Assembly: GCA_965224085.1 (NCBI GenBank)
Contig: CBDCYI010000011.1
Coordinates: forward strand, 320,001 to 384,000
Length of the DNA stretch: 64,000 nucleotides
Reading direction: 5' to 3'
Source of the DNA: Candidatus Marinacidobacterales bacterium
GTDB taxonomy: Bacteria; Acidobacteriota; Vicinamibacteria; Marinacidobacterales; SMYC01
This document shows, one piece after another, positions 51,145 to 61,544 of the stretch (position 1 is the stretch's first letter; every line of letters begins with the position of its first letter). The notes under the pieces were generated by a model, which made no database searches, was not told the DNA's origin, and was given only the letters and a program-made list of their open reading frames with translations. The position numbers and the translations under genes were made by a program.

Positions 51145-51955
51145 CGCAGACAGGGCACTTCAGCTGCGGGCCCGCAGGCGGCAGCGGATGGAATTCGTTG
51201 TCGAGCTGACCTCGTTCGCCGCCCAGCCGATGGTACATCTCGCACTCGCGCTCGAAACGCTCCTTGCGCGCGAAGATGACCTCGATATGGAAATAGCCGT
51301 ATTGATCGCGAAACTCCAAGAGAGTGGCCCGCAGGTCCTCGTCGGCCCTTCCGACGCGCGCGTCCATCGTCCGGTCGTAAGAAAGGGTGAACACTCCCGG
51401 CGTCAACGGAAAGATCCGCCGCTCTATGGAAGCCGGGTTCAGTGGATAGGGCGGCCGCTCCTCTTCTGGTTCGAGCGCCGTCAGCGGTTGAGTCATCTCG
51501 CCGAGGGACCGACCTCTGTCGGTTGGCGCGGGGGTGGCCAGTCGATCGGTGTGCTCCACCGCCGCTTGCACCTCGGCCGGAGATAGCGTTTGGGTCGTCG
51601 ACGGGTCTTTCGGGAAGCGCTGTCGTTCGTTCTTGCTCAGAAGCCACCGGATCGCTTCGCCGGAGGCCCTGGTGATGTTGATGAAGCGCATCCCGTAGCC
51701 TTCCGGCTGCATCGAAGGCCGCTCTTGGCCGCGGTTCTCCCAGGCCACCATGGCGCCAACCTCCAAGGTGCGCTCGAGCTCCGGAATCTGTATGGACAGG
51801 CGCAGCTGGGCGTGTGGGAGCAGGGCCAGGCGCGTTTCCACGTAAGCGCCACCTTCAGAAAGAGTTATCAGCCGGCCGGCACTGCCGTGGAGAGCCGCCC
51901 GGAGCCATACCGGGTAGCCGTCGGCAAAATCAACGCGTCTTGCAGAATCAGACAT
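51134..51955 (-). CDS. PilZ domain fused to a GIY-YIG-like, Cys/His-containing C-terminal domain
   Basis: [20 protein letters not shown]; C-terminal [35 protein letters not shown]. Confidence 0.7.
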   Translation of the reverse strand: MSDSARRVDFADGYPVWLRAALHGSAGRLITLSEGGAYVETRLALLPHAQLRLSIQIPELERTLEVGAMVAWENRGQERPSMQPEGYGMRFINITRASGEAIRWLLSKNERQRFPKDPSTTQTLSPAEVQAAVEHTDRLATPAPTDRGRSLGEMTQPLTALEPEEERPPYPLNPASIERRIFPLTPGVFTLSYDRTMDARVGRADEDLRATLLEFRDQYGYFHIEVIFARKERFERECEMYHRLGGERGQLDNEFHPLPPAGPQLKCPVCVKS

Positions 51956-52266
51956 CCGTCCCCCAACCCACCTATAGAGGTATCACCGAAGTCTAGCTGA
52001 CGCAACCGAGACCCAAACCGAGACATGGAGCTGGACCAAGAATAAAGTTAGGGGGAATAGGTTAAGGGCTACGGCTCCGTGATCTCGTGGATACGCCTCG
52101 ACGCGGGCGCGTCGATGGTTTGCGTTGCGCCTGACGGCTAGGCGATCTCGACCTTGTCGGCCTTTTCGGTAGCGCCGAGTCCGACGATGACGGCGAGCTG
52201 ACTCTGGGAGCAATAGCCAGTCTGAGATTATCTCTATGTCGGGCGGCTGGCGCCAGGGGAGTTTGA

Positions 52267-52645
52267 ATGTGGATTTCATCGCGTTTGGCGGAGCTTCGTG
52301 TTGTAGTTGTTCCGCAAGCGACGCGAACCTATCGCGTCGCTACGGACGAAAGTCGGTTCGAAGTGGAGGTCGGGCGCGCGGGACTGTTCAAAGTGTTCGG
52401 CCACGACCACCGGATCCGCGTCGGTGCGTTGACTGGGACGGTGGAGTGGAAGAGCGAAGAGCCCGAGAGTTCCCGTTTCACGTCCGGCGACACTCGAGCT
52501 TTCAGGCGAGAAGATGAGCATGACGGGCGAGCTCGAGCTCGACACGAAACGATGGGGTGTGCCGCAAATCTCGGCGCTCGGCGGCTCGGTCAAGACGAAA
52601 GAAAAACTCGGGCTGACCTTCGAGATTGTCGCGCACGCCGAGTAA
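52267..52645 (+). pseudogene. YceI-family protein with internal deletion
   Basis: SRFEVEVGRAGLFKVFGHDH; tail GELELDTKRWGVPQISALGGSVKTK..FEIVA in another frame. Confidence 0.7.
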
Positions 52646-52656
52646 TGGGCTAGACG

Positions 52657-53862
52657 CTATTTCCGCTTCAGCGGGCCCCAGCTCGGCGTGGTGTTCGCGC
52701 CTTCGAAGGTGAGCTGCCGCTGGTTGCCTCCAACTCGATTCATGATGAAGACTTGCGGCTCACCGCTGCGCGTGGATGTGAAGACGAGATGGCGACCGTC
52801 GGGAGACCAGCTCGCGCTCTCGTTCACCCCGGACTGAGACGTCAGCTGGCGCAATTGTCGATTTGTGACGTCGTAGACGACGATGTCGAACCGGCGCCCT
52901 TCGACGCGCGAGGCATAGGCAATCTCTTGATGAATTCTGGAGGGGGACCATAACGGCTCGGCGTTATACGAGCCCCCGCGCGAGAGCCGGCGCAGGTTCA
53001 AGCCTTCGACGTCCATCACAAAGATCTGCGGCGACCCCGTCCTTTCGGACGTGAAGACGAGCTCTCTGCCCGTCGGCGACCAGCTCGGCGAGACATCGAT
53101 ACCCGGGTGATGGGTCAATCGACGAATAGCCGTCCCGTCTCGATTCATGACGTAGATCTCGGCGTTGCCAGCTTCGTCGCGCGTCGACGAAAAGGCGATG
53201 CGTTTTCCGTCCGGGGACCATGAGGCGGAGAACACCATCCCCGGACCTTCGAGGAGCGGTCCCTCGCCATGGATCGCGAGCACGGGAGGCGCGTTCTTCT
53301 TCGGGTAGGACAGGAAGCTCAGCTTCGCTCCGTCCGGGCTGAAGCGGGGCTGAAAATCGAGGTAGCGGTTGCGCGTGATCGCGCGTTGGCCGAAGCCGTC
53401 GTAATCCATCATCCACAGGTTTTTGCTGCCGGTCTGCGAGTCGCGATCGCTCGCGAAGACGATGTCGGTCGTCGCTAGCCCGACGAGACCGAACTGGGCC
53501 AAAATGCGATTGGCAACGTTGTGCGCGAGGTTGCGCGTCGAGCCTCGATACTCCGTATAAACGGTCGAAAACGCCGTCTTCTCATTCTCCACCGCGCGAA
53601 CGTGGATGGCAGCGCGAAGAGCTTGGCTCTCCCGCGACACGGTTCCGGTAATCACGATGTCGCTGCCAATGGATTCCCAGCCGAGATAGTCGAAGCCGGC
53701 GGAAAGCGTTTTCACGAGCTTATAGCGCTCCGGGTCCACGATCCGAAAAACGGATGCAAACGAGATATCATCGAACAGTATGCGATATACCTCTGCCGCG
53801 TCGGCGCGCACATCAGGGCTTGCCGCCGCGAGCTCGGGAAGCGCGACTCTCAGCGCGTTCAT
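52657..53862 (-). CDS. tolB: TolB-like beta-propeller protein, lacking a signal peptide
   Basis: TolB_N-like region, MDYDGFGQR, PD40 WSPDG repeats. Confidence 0.75.
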   Translation of the reverse strand: MNALRVALPELAAASPDVRADAAEVYRILFDDISFASVFRIVDPERYKLVKTLSAGFDYLGWESIGSDIVITGTVSRESQALRAAIHVRAVENEKTAFSTVYTEYRGSTRNLAHNVANRILAQFGLVGLATTDIVFASDRDSQTGSKNLWMMDYDGFGQRAITRNRYLDFQPRFSPDGAKLSFLSYPKKNAPPVLAIHGEGPLLEGPGMVFSASWSPDGKRIAFSSTRDEAGNAEIYVMNRDGTAIRRLTHHPGIDVSPSWSPTGRELVFTSERTGSPQIFVMDVEGLNLRRLSRGGSYNAEPLWSPSRIHQEIAYASRVEGRRFDIVVYDVTNRQLRQLTSQSGVNESASWSPDGRHLVFTSTRSGEPQVFIMNRVGGNQRQLTFEGANTTPSWGPLKRK

Positions 53863-53929
53863 ATTTTGTTTGAGCTCGACCCAGATGTCTGCGCTTCCGG
53901 GAACGTCGCTTTGAGACTGCGCACCGGCG

Positions 53930-54583
53930 GAGAGCCTCGTCGAGAAAGCTCGACCGAACGCCGCACATCGAGCTCTCGCGCATCTCGAGGAGCACGGCGC
54001 GCTTCGCTATCTCATCACTCAGAACGTGGATCGCCTCCACCAGAAGGCAGGAAGCCGCAACGTCAACGATCTTCACGGGCGGATCGACCTCGTTCGCTGC
54101 GTCGATTGTGGGGACGCGAGTCCGCGGATCGAGTTTCAAGAGCGGCTTTTCGACGCGAACCCGGCTTTTCGAGCTCACGCGGCCGCTTACGCGCCCGACG
54201 GAGACGCCGTTCTCGAGAACGATGCGCTGGGGCTCGAGCGTTTTCGCACGCCCGATTGCCCGCGTTGCGGCGGGGTCTTGAAGCCGGATGTCGTCTTCTT
54301 CGGGGAATCGGTGCCTCGCGATCGTGTGACCGAAGCGATGTCCCGCATCGACGAAGCCGATGCGCTCGTCGTCGTTGGGTCCTCGCTCATGGTCTGGTCG
54401 GGCTACCGCTTCGTGAGACGCGCGGCGCAAAACCGGATTCCAGTCGCGATGGTGAACGTCGGAAAAACGCGCGCGGATAGCGAGATCGACGTGAAGGTCC
54501 ATTCCGATTGCGGCGAGACGCTCACTGCGGTCGTGGAGGCGCTTTCCCCGGGCCGCTTGAACCCGAGGCACGTTTCGAGTTAG
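53930..54583 (+). pseudogene. Sirtuin (class II Sir2/CobB) lacking its N-terminal GAGxS region
   Basis: PNAAH, ITQNVDRLH, LHG, CxxC x2, KPDVVFFGE, GSSL. Confidence 0.85.
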
Positions 54584-54663
54584 TCTCAGCGTGGGTTGAC
54601 GAGGCTATTGGCCCCCCACCGGGAAACCCTCTTGAACCTGTTTGTATTCATAAACTTGGAGTC

Positions 54664-54876
54664 ATGCTCATGTTTGGTTCCTGTCGATTCTGCGCGAGCC
54701 CTACCGACAAGTGGCAGGATTTCTGCAACGAGTGCGCGCCGCGCACGTCCCCGCCACGATTTCGACTGATCCGCGGCGGCAAGACAGGGTGGGAAAGACC
54801 CGGAAGAGAAAAATCTCGCGAAAAGCGCTGGCTGAGCGCGGTGCCGCGTCCGCCGTCGCTACCACCCGAGGTGTAA
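54664..54876 (+). CDS. Small putative Zn-ribbon protein
   Basis: CRFC..FCNEC, FRLIRGGK; GGAG upstream. Confidence 0.4.
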   Translation: MLMFGSCRFCASPTDKWQDFCNECAPRTSPPRFRLIRGGKTGWERPGREKSREKRWLSAVPRPPSLPPEV

Positions 54877-55017
54877 TTACTGGGTCGGTAGCGAATCGCG
54901 GGTCAGAATCGTGAAGCCTTCGAACTTGTATTCGCGATTGCCGTCCGTGAGTACAAACGGCGTCTCGTCGCGCACGATGGACTCGAAAGCGTCCCGCATC
55001 TTCTCTAGGTAGCTAGA

Positions 55018-55460
55018 TGACCAAGAACAAAAGGGTGGGGTTTACCCTTTCCTCTCAGATTGCCGTAGCCCTCGCTCTGGGGATTTCTTTCGGCCTATTC
55101 CTCGGCGAGCTAGCAGGCTTTCTCTCTCAAGTCGCCGACGGCTACATCGGTTCGGGCTCGTCAGTCTTGGGGTCATCGCGCTCACCATCAGCGGTATGCG
55201 CGTCCTGTTCACGTCTGTTCTGAACCAGAACTACGACCGAGACCAGGTCATCACAGGCATGCACCTTGTTACGTGAGCGGGTACGGACGACGGTCTACCG
55301 TGACCCGCGGGGGGTCACGCGTTCGGACGATCCCGGGCGCCCGAGACTGGAGCAAATCCTGGAAGCCGGCACTCTTCGAGTCGGCTATTTCCCCAACAGC
55401 CTCCCATACGCGTACTTCAATCAGGAGGAGGAGCTCGTCGGCTTCGATGTCGAGATGGGA
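55018..55460 (+). pseudogene. Dicarboxylate/amino-acid:cation symporter fused to SBP_bac_3, with large deletions
   Basis: SSQIAVALALGISFGLFLGE; GTLRVGY..PYAYFN..LVGFDVEM. Confidence 0.7.
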
Positions 55461-55708
55461 TCATCTTTTCCGCCGACGAGACGGCAGATGTGGGTGTAGA
55501 TGAGGCGACTCCGGTCGTCGAGAGCTATGCCAAAAACCGCGGAGTGCTCAACGGTCGGGTCCTCAGTGTCACTATCTCAGTGGGCGAGGAGTAACGCTCG
55601 GGAGCCCGGATTCACGCGCTGCGCCCGAATTACAAGTACGAAGAATCGACACACGCGGCGCGCGTGGGAGACGGTGTACGCCACTTTGGAGCTGGGGATT
55701 GAAAACGT

Positions 55709-56285
55709 GCCTTGGTGCACAACTCCGATAGAGGCCGAGAGCTCGCTTGGCCCCGACTCCCATCATCCGATCATCTCGCTATCAGGCATCCCGAGCGCCG
55801 TCATGGTGTTGAGAATCTTGCACCCGATCCTTGCCTCGACTCTCTGTGCCGCCAACCCTCTCGCTCGCATCGCTGAGCCCACGATAGCCTTGTAGCGATG
55901 GAACGTTGTCTCGACTTTGCTCCGTTTGCTGTAGCCCGATTCTGTGTGCCACTTTCGTTTGCCGAGCCGAGCTTGTGCTGCAATGTTGCGATTGCGCTGT
56001 CGGCTGCTCGCCGGCCCCGATGCGAGCAGGGCGCCCTTGCGCGGCGGTATCAGCACCCTCGGCGAGCGATGAGCGCTGTGATTCTCGATTGCCTCATAGA
56101 CGCCGCTGGCGTCGTATGCGGTGTCAGCTCTGGCCGATGAGATGGGACTGTCGCTCTGTCCGACAAGCGATGCAACCCGCGATGAATCGCGGGCTCTTTT
56201 GCTCGTCAGCTCGCAGGCGACGACTTCGCCAGTCTGCTCGTCGACACACAGATGGAGCTTGCGATAGTCCCTGCTATTTGGTGCT
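55709..56285 (-). mobile_element. IS5 family (IS903 group), 3' part
   Basis: YRKLHLCVD, ADTAYD, IPPRKGA, W..SGYSKRSKVET; terminal GCCTTGGTGCACAAC. Confidence 0.85.
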
Positions 56286-56304
56286 CTGCGCAGCTGGCCG
56301 GCGT

Positions 56305-56583
56305 ACGGAGCTTGCGGCGCTCTATCTGGACAAGCTCTTCGAACGGTACGGCGACCCCAGGCTCGTACTCGCGGAATATAACGGCGGCCCCATCAACGCC
56401 CGGCGCCTGAGAAATGGGAGCGATCGCCTTGCCGCGGAGACGCGCGACTATGTCGTCCGAGTCATGGGCGTGGTGGATGGCCTGAACAGGAGGCTCGACG
56501 TCGCCCTCGCTGAGAAGCCGCACGAGCCCGTCCGCCTCGCCGGGTTGGAAACGCTTGTAAAGAGTGGCACCCTCTCCGACTGA
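56305..56583 (+). pseudogene. Lytic transglycosylase (SLT), C-terminal fragment
   Basis: YLDKLFERYGD..LAEYNGGP..ETRDYV. Confidence 0.75.
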
Positions 56584-56714
56584 CGAATCTGAATGTTTAG
56601 AGGGATGCGACCATGCCGACGCGAACGGTCTGGTCATCGACAGCCCGTCGCAGGGTGATGACACCGAGCAACGCCCGCTGAATAATGCGTCGCTCGAGCC
56701 GGACGACAGATGGT

Positions 56715-56888
56715 TCAAACCCTGGTGCGGTTAGGACAGGTGGCGCAGGAGACGGGCCCTCCGTCGCCGCCCATCACTTCAGGTCCGCCGCACGAGCCTC
56801 GGAGGCACGGGCGTTTGAAGATCACGCCAATCCCCATCGCGAGCATGGCGAGCGCGACGAATCCGAGGACGAGAAGAAAGAGCGTCAT
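56715..56888 (-). CDS. nqrM: Na+-NQR maturation factor NqrM (DUF539), 57 aa, absent from the ORF track
   Basis: MTLFLLVLGFVALAMLAMGIGVIFKRPCLRGSCGG..SCATC; ATGA overlap with apbE. Confidence 0.85.
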   Translation of the reverse strand: MTLFLLVLGFVALAMLAMGIGVIFKRPCLRGSCGGPEVMGGDGGPVSCATCPNRTRV

Positions 56889-57931
56889 CGCTCTATTCTA
56901 GGCACGCCTGCAAAAAGTTGCTCGAACGAGGGGGACGGCCGCTCCACGCTCTCCCCGTCCTCCGAGCGGATCAAGAAAAGCACCGCGAGGTCTTTCTGAA
57001 CCGCGAGGTCGAATCCCGCGTCGGGGCCGAGGACGAGCAGACCCGAGGCGAGCGCATCCGCACGCATGCAAGAATGCCCCACGACGCTCACCGAGGCGAG
57101 CCGATGTGCCACCGGCCGCCCCGTTCGCGGGTCGATCAAGTGTGAATAGAGCTTGCCTTCGACTTCGTAGAAGTTGCGGTAGTCACCGGACGTCGCCATC
57201 GAGAGCCCGCTCAAACGCACCACTCGCTTGAGAGAACGCGCTCCGGGAACAGGCTTTTTGATGCCAATACGCCAAGCTTCGCCGTCCGCGTTCTTACCCG
57301 AGGTGCGCACTTCGCCCCCGACTTCGACCATGAAGTCCCGGACCCCACGTTTGTCGAGAAGCTTCGCGACTTCGTCGACCGCGTAGCCTTTGGCGATCCC
57401 GGAGAGATCGCACTCGACGCCGTCGACGTTTTTAGCTACGGAAGGCGGATCATCGAACAGCGCTAGCTGCGCGTAACCGGTTCGCGCCCGCGCCTCGGCA
57501 ATCTCATCGTCCGGGGGCAGCTCGGGCAGCTCCAGGTCGCCGGAGGCACCAGCGCCAAAACCCCAGAGACGGACGAGAGGGGCGACGGTGACGTCGAAAG
57601 CGCCTTGGGTGAGCTTGCTGACGGCCTGGGCCTCACGCAAGACGTCGAAGGTCGACTGAGCGATCGGAAACGGCTCGCCGGCCGGCTGCATGTTGAAGCG
57701 CGACACGTCTGAGCTCGTGTCGTAGGTCGACATCCATCCGTCGATACGGTCGAGCCGCTGCTGCAGCTCGCGCGAGATCCCGATGCGCTCTGTTTGACTC
57801 ACTGGGCCAGCGATCTGTACGAGATAGGTCGTGCCCATCGTTTCGCCCTCGAACCGCACCGTCTCCGATGGAGCTCGAGACGAACAAGCAGCCGCGAGTG
57901 CTAAGGCTAGAAAAGCGGCGCGAGCACACAT
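56885..57931 (-). CDS. apbE: FAD:protein FMN transferase (lipoprotein)
   Basis: TMGTTY, DLSGIAKGYAVD, ATSGDYRN, HLIDPRTG, ADALAS. Confidence 0.95.
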   Translation of the reverse strand: MCARAAFLALALAAACSSRAPSETVRFEGETMGTTYLVQIAGPVSQTERIGISRELQQRLDRIDGWMSTYDTSSDVSRFNMQPAGEPFPIAQSTFDVLREAQAVSKLTQGAFDVTVAPLVRLWGFGAGASGDLELPELPPDDEIAEARARTGYAQLALFDDPPSVAKNVDGVECDLSGIAKGYAVDEVAKLLDKRGVRDFMVEVGGEVRTSGKNADGEAWRIGIKKPVPGARSLKRVVRLSGLSMATSGDYRNFYEVEGKLYSHLIDPRTGRPVAHRLASVSVVGHSCMRADALASGLLVLGPDAGFDLAVQKDLAVLFLIRSEDGESVERPSPSFEQLFAGVPRIER

Positions 57932-57961
57932 ACTGAATGCTGAATGCCGAAACCCGAATGA

Positions 57962-59191
57962 TTACCCAAAATCGTCGTACAAGATGTTCTCAGGCTCGAC
58001 GCCGAGGCTATCGAGCATGTCGAAACAAGCCTTCAACATGAGCGGAGGCCCGCAGAGGTAATACTCCACATCTTCGGGGCTCGGATGGTCCTTCAGGTAA
58101 TGATCGTAGAGCACTTGATGGATGAATCCGGTCTTGCCGGTCCAGTCGTCCTCGGGGAGAGGCTCTGAAAGCGCCAAGTGCCATTCGAAGTTGTTGTTCT
58201 CCGCCGCGATCGAGTCGAAGTCCTGCCCGTAAAATGCCTCGCGCAAGCTCCGCGCGCCGTACCAGTACGACACCTTGCGCTTCGTATGGGTGCGGCGAAA
58301 CAAGTCAAAGATGTGGGAGCGCATCGGCGCCATGCCCGCACCACCCCCGATATAGATCATCTCGGATTCGGTGTCTTTCGCGAAGAACTCTCCGTAGGGT
58401 CCCGAGATGGTGACTTCGTCGCCCGGTTTGAGATCGAAGATGTAAGACGACATCTTCCCCGGAGGTACGTCGGGCATGCGCGGTGGCGGCGACGCGATGC
58501 GCACGTTAAGCATGATGATGCCCTTGTCTTCGGGATAGTTCGCCATCGAGTAGGCACGCACGACGTCTTCGCCGGGCTCCGCCGTCGAGACGTAGCGCCA
58601 CAGGTCGTATTTGTCCCAGTCCTCGCGATATTCCTCTTCCACGTCGATGTTCTTGTACGCGACAACGCCCGCCGGCCGCTCGATTTGAATGTAACCTCCG
58701 GCGCGAAACGGAACTTCCTCGCCGGCGGGAAGCTCGAGGACGAGCTCTTTGATGAACGTCGCGACGTTTCCGTTCGAACGGACGTTGCACTTCCACTTCC
58801 GGATGTTGAAGACCTCGGGCGGGAGCTCGATCTTCATGTCCTGTTTGACTTTGACTTGGCAGGACAGGCGCACGCCTTCGCGGGCCTCGCGGCGGTTGAT
58901 GTGACTCGTCTCAGTCGGAAGCATGGAACCTCCGCCTTCGAGCACGGTGACGGTGCAGACACCACAACTTCCCTTCCCGCCACAAGCGGAAGGGATGAAG
59001 AGCTTGTTCGCCGCGAGCGTCCCGAGAAGGTTCCCGCCCGCGGTCGTCGTGAGCGCCTTGTCAGGGTCGTCATTGACCGTGATGGTCACGTTTCCCGTCG
59101 CGACGAGCTCGCGACGCGCGAGCATGAGCACGACAACCTGAGTGACGATCACCGTCGTGAACATGAAGACACCGAGGCCGATGGTAAACAT
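57962..59191 (-). CDS. nqrF: Na+-translocating NADH:quinone reductase subunit F
   Basis: [35 protein letters not shown]. Confidence 0.97.
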   Translation of the reverse strand: MFTIGLGVFMFTTVIVTQVVVLMLARRELVATGNVTITVNDDPDKALTTTAGGNLLGTLAANKLFIPSACGGKGSCGVCTVTVLEGGGSMLPTETSHINRREAREGVRLSCQVKVKQDMKIELPPEVFNIRKWKCNVRSNGNVATFIKELVLELPAGEEVPFRAGGYIQIERPAGVVAYKNIDVEEEYREDWDKYDLWRYVSTAEPGEDVVRAYSMANYPEDKGIIMLNVRIASPPPRMPDVPPGKMSSYIFDLKPGDEVTISGPYGEFFAKDTESEMIYIGGGAGMAPMRSHIFDLFRRTHTKRKVSYWYGARSLREAFYGQDFDSIAAENNNFEWHLALSEPLPEDDWTGKTGFIHQVLYDHYLKDHPSPEDVEYYLCGPPLMLKACFDMLDSLGVEPENILYDDFG

Positions 59192-59809
59192 CTAGAGCTG
59201 AATCCCTGCAAAGGCCATGAAACCCATCGCCATGAGCCCGGTGAGAAGAAAAGTAATGCCAAGACCGCGCAAGCCGGCCGGGATATGGTTGTAGCGCAGT
59301 CGCTCGCGAATGCCGGCAAGCGCTATGATCGCGAGGGCCCACCCAGTTCCCGAGCCAAAACCGAAAACGAGGCTCTCACCCAGATTGTAATTACGCTCGA
59401 CCATAAAGAGCGAGGCGCCGAGAATGGCGCAGTTCACGGCTATCAGCGGCAAGAAGACACCGAGAGCGTTATAGAGCACCGGAAAGAAACGGTCGAGCAC
59501 CATCTCGACGATCTGCACGATAGCCGCGATCGTCCCGATATAGGTGAGGAAGCCGAGAAAAGTCAGATCCTGCTCGCCGAGGGATGGTGAGACCCAGGAG
59601 AGCGCGCCAGGCTTCAATAGGTATGTATAGACGAGATTGTTGATCGGGACCGTGAAGGTGAGCACGAAGATCACCGCGCTTCCGAGGCCGATGGCGGTCT
59701 CCACCTTGCGAGAGACGGCGATGAAGGAGCACATGCCGAGAAAAAAGGCGAGCGCCATGTTCTCGATGAAGATGGCTTTGATCGCGAGGTCGAGATAACT
59801 CTCGAGCAC
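59192..59809 (-). CDS. nqrE: Na+-NQR subunit E
   Basis: [25 protein letters not shown]. Confidence 0.96.
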   Translation of the reverse strand: MLESYLDLAIKAIFIENMALAFFLGMCSFIAVSRKVETAIGLGSAVIFVLTFTVPINNLVYTYLLKPGALSWVSPSLGEQDLTFLGFLTYIGTIAAIVQIVEMVLDRFFPVLYNALGVFLPLIAVNCAILGASLFMVERNYNLGESLVFGFGSGTGWALAIIALAGIRERLRYNHIPAGLRGLGITFLLTGLMAMGFMAFAGIQL

Positions 59810-59812
59810 TTC

Positions 59813-60255
59813 TTACTCCGCCCTCCACTTGATCCGGCTTCCACGTTCTCAAGATCCAAATGAAGAAGCCGATGATGAAGAAGGCTCCCGGCGAGAGCAC
59901 GAGAAGACCGTTCGGGGTGTACCAGCCGCCTTCACTAACCACGGGAAGCACAGGGATGCCAAAGAAGTTGCCCGAGCCAAAGATTTCGCGAATCGCCGCT
60001 GTTATCAACAGAATGAGCGCATAACCCAGCCCGTTTCCGATACCGTCGACGATGCTCATTACCGGCGGGTTTTGCATGGCGAAGGCCTCGGCTCGCCCCA
60101 TGATGATGCAATTCGTGATGATGAGGCCGACGAAAACCGAGAGCTGTTTCGAGATCTCGAAGACGTAGGCCTTCAGTACTTGATCGGTGACGATGACGAG
60201 CGACGCAATAATCGTAAGCTGGACGATGATGCGAATATTGGTCGGGATCTTGATC
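59813..60255 (-). pseudogene. nqrD: nqrD 3' part; N-terminus deleted, extra G near the stop
   Basis: [42 protein letters not shown]. Confidence 0.9.
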
Positions 60256-60579
60256 GGCTGCACCGACTCTGCCGGAGCGGTCGGCGCTCGAGAGCTCGAG
60301 CATCACCGCTTGGAAGGCGCGGCGCTCGCCGCGATGGACGGCAATCACTTTGCCGGCGCCAGGAGACGTGAAACGTACACCCGGCGTCTTCTTGTCTTCC
60401 AACAAGAGCTGCCCCCGGCGAACTTCGTCGCCTTCCGCCACGTGCATCGTTGGGCGCAGGCCGGGAAAGTCGGCGGCGAGAAGGGCTACATGGCGCGGCG
60501 GATCATGATCATGGATGCCGGGGCCAGGCTCGCCGAGGATTGGAAGGTCCAATCCCTTCCTCGATACGTGAACGCTCAT
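60256..60579 (-). pseudogene. nqrA: nqrA 5' part (about 108 codons)
   Basis: KGLDLPILGEP, GLRPTMHVAEGDEV..DKKTPGVRFTSPGAG..RGERRAFQAV. Confidence 0.9.
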
Positions 60580-60831
60580 GACGCTCTGTGGCTACGGACG
60601 GCTCCCCCGGATCGTTGGCCAATTTCAGCCACGTTACTCACGCGCGAAATGGCGGAAAGAAAGAAAGCGGCTCGCGAGACCTCCCTAGTTGATACGGGCC
60701 TCCGATTTCGGCATAACCCAACGATTCTTCCACAAATATTTTTGGATCGCAAAAAACGAGCGCGTCGTGTCCATTTCTTTCGCCAACTCTTTCGAAGAAG
60801 CGAACTCTCCAGGCGCTATAATCCAATATCC

Positions 60832-61431
60832 ATGAGCGAAGAGGCGAAATATCAAGATATTCGCAGCGATTTTTGGCGCGCATGCTGGGAAAAAGGGGCG
60901 AGCTACGACGCTTATTTGGAGGGGTCGGACCCGAAGCGCGCCGCGCGTTGGCCTCAGCTCAAAAAGCGCGTCCCGGCGCTCAGCGAGTCGCAAAAAAAAC
61001 GCGTGAGCGACTACGGGCGCAAGCTCAACATCCTGCTCGTGAGCGGCGTGTGGTGCGGAGACTGCGTGCGCCAAGGACCCATGATCCGGCAGATTGCCGA
61101 CGCTTGCGATGAGGCAGTCGAGCTTCGGGTCATCGACCGCGACAAAAACCCCGACCTTCGCAACGAGGTGCGGATACTCGGAGCCGCGCGTGTACCCGTC
61201 GTCGTTTTTCTGAGCGAGGACTTTCACGAGGCCGGCCGTTTCGGCGATCGTCTACTCGAGACGTATCGGCGCAAGGCAACGACCGAGATCGGCGCCGCCT
61301 GCGCGGTGCCAACGGCCGAGATCCCGCCCGAGGAGCTCGCGGCCGAGCGGGACGAGTGGCTCGACATCTTTGAGAGAATGCTCCTCATGGTGCGCCTCGC
61401 CCCACCGCTTCGAGCACGCTATGGAGACTAA
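60832..61431 (+). CDS. Thioredoxin-family protein
   Basis: WCGDC, ARVPVVVFLSEDF; TATAAT upstream. Confidence 0.88.
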   Translation: MSEEAKYQDIRSDFWRACWEKGASYDAYLEGSDPKRAARWPQLKKRVPALSESQKKRVSDYGRKLNILLVSGVWCGDCVRQGPMIRQIADACDEAVELRVIDRDKNPDLRNEVRILGAARVPVVVFLSEDFHEAGRFGDRLLETYRRKATTEIGAACAVPTAEIPPEELAAERDEWLDIFERMLLMVRLAPPLRARYGD

Positions 61432-61544
61432 TCGGTGCTCCGCTCGTCGAGCACAGAGCAGGCCAGGATGCGCTCCCGCCCCTGCCATTGCTCTGATTGC
61501 GCAGTTCCCCTAAACTCCTCTGACAAACCGGGAGGTAGACCACT

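Noticed and set aside
60187-60831. Long N-terminal extension of the thioredoxin ORF (414 aa)
   Set aside because: It is an antisense shadow of nqrA/nqrD; the real start is ATG 60832.
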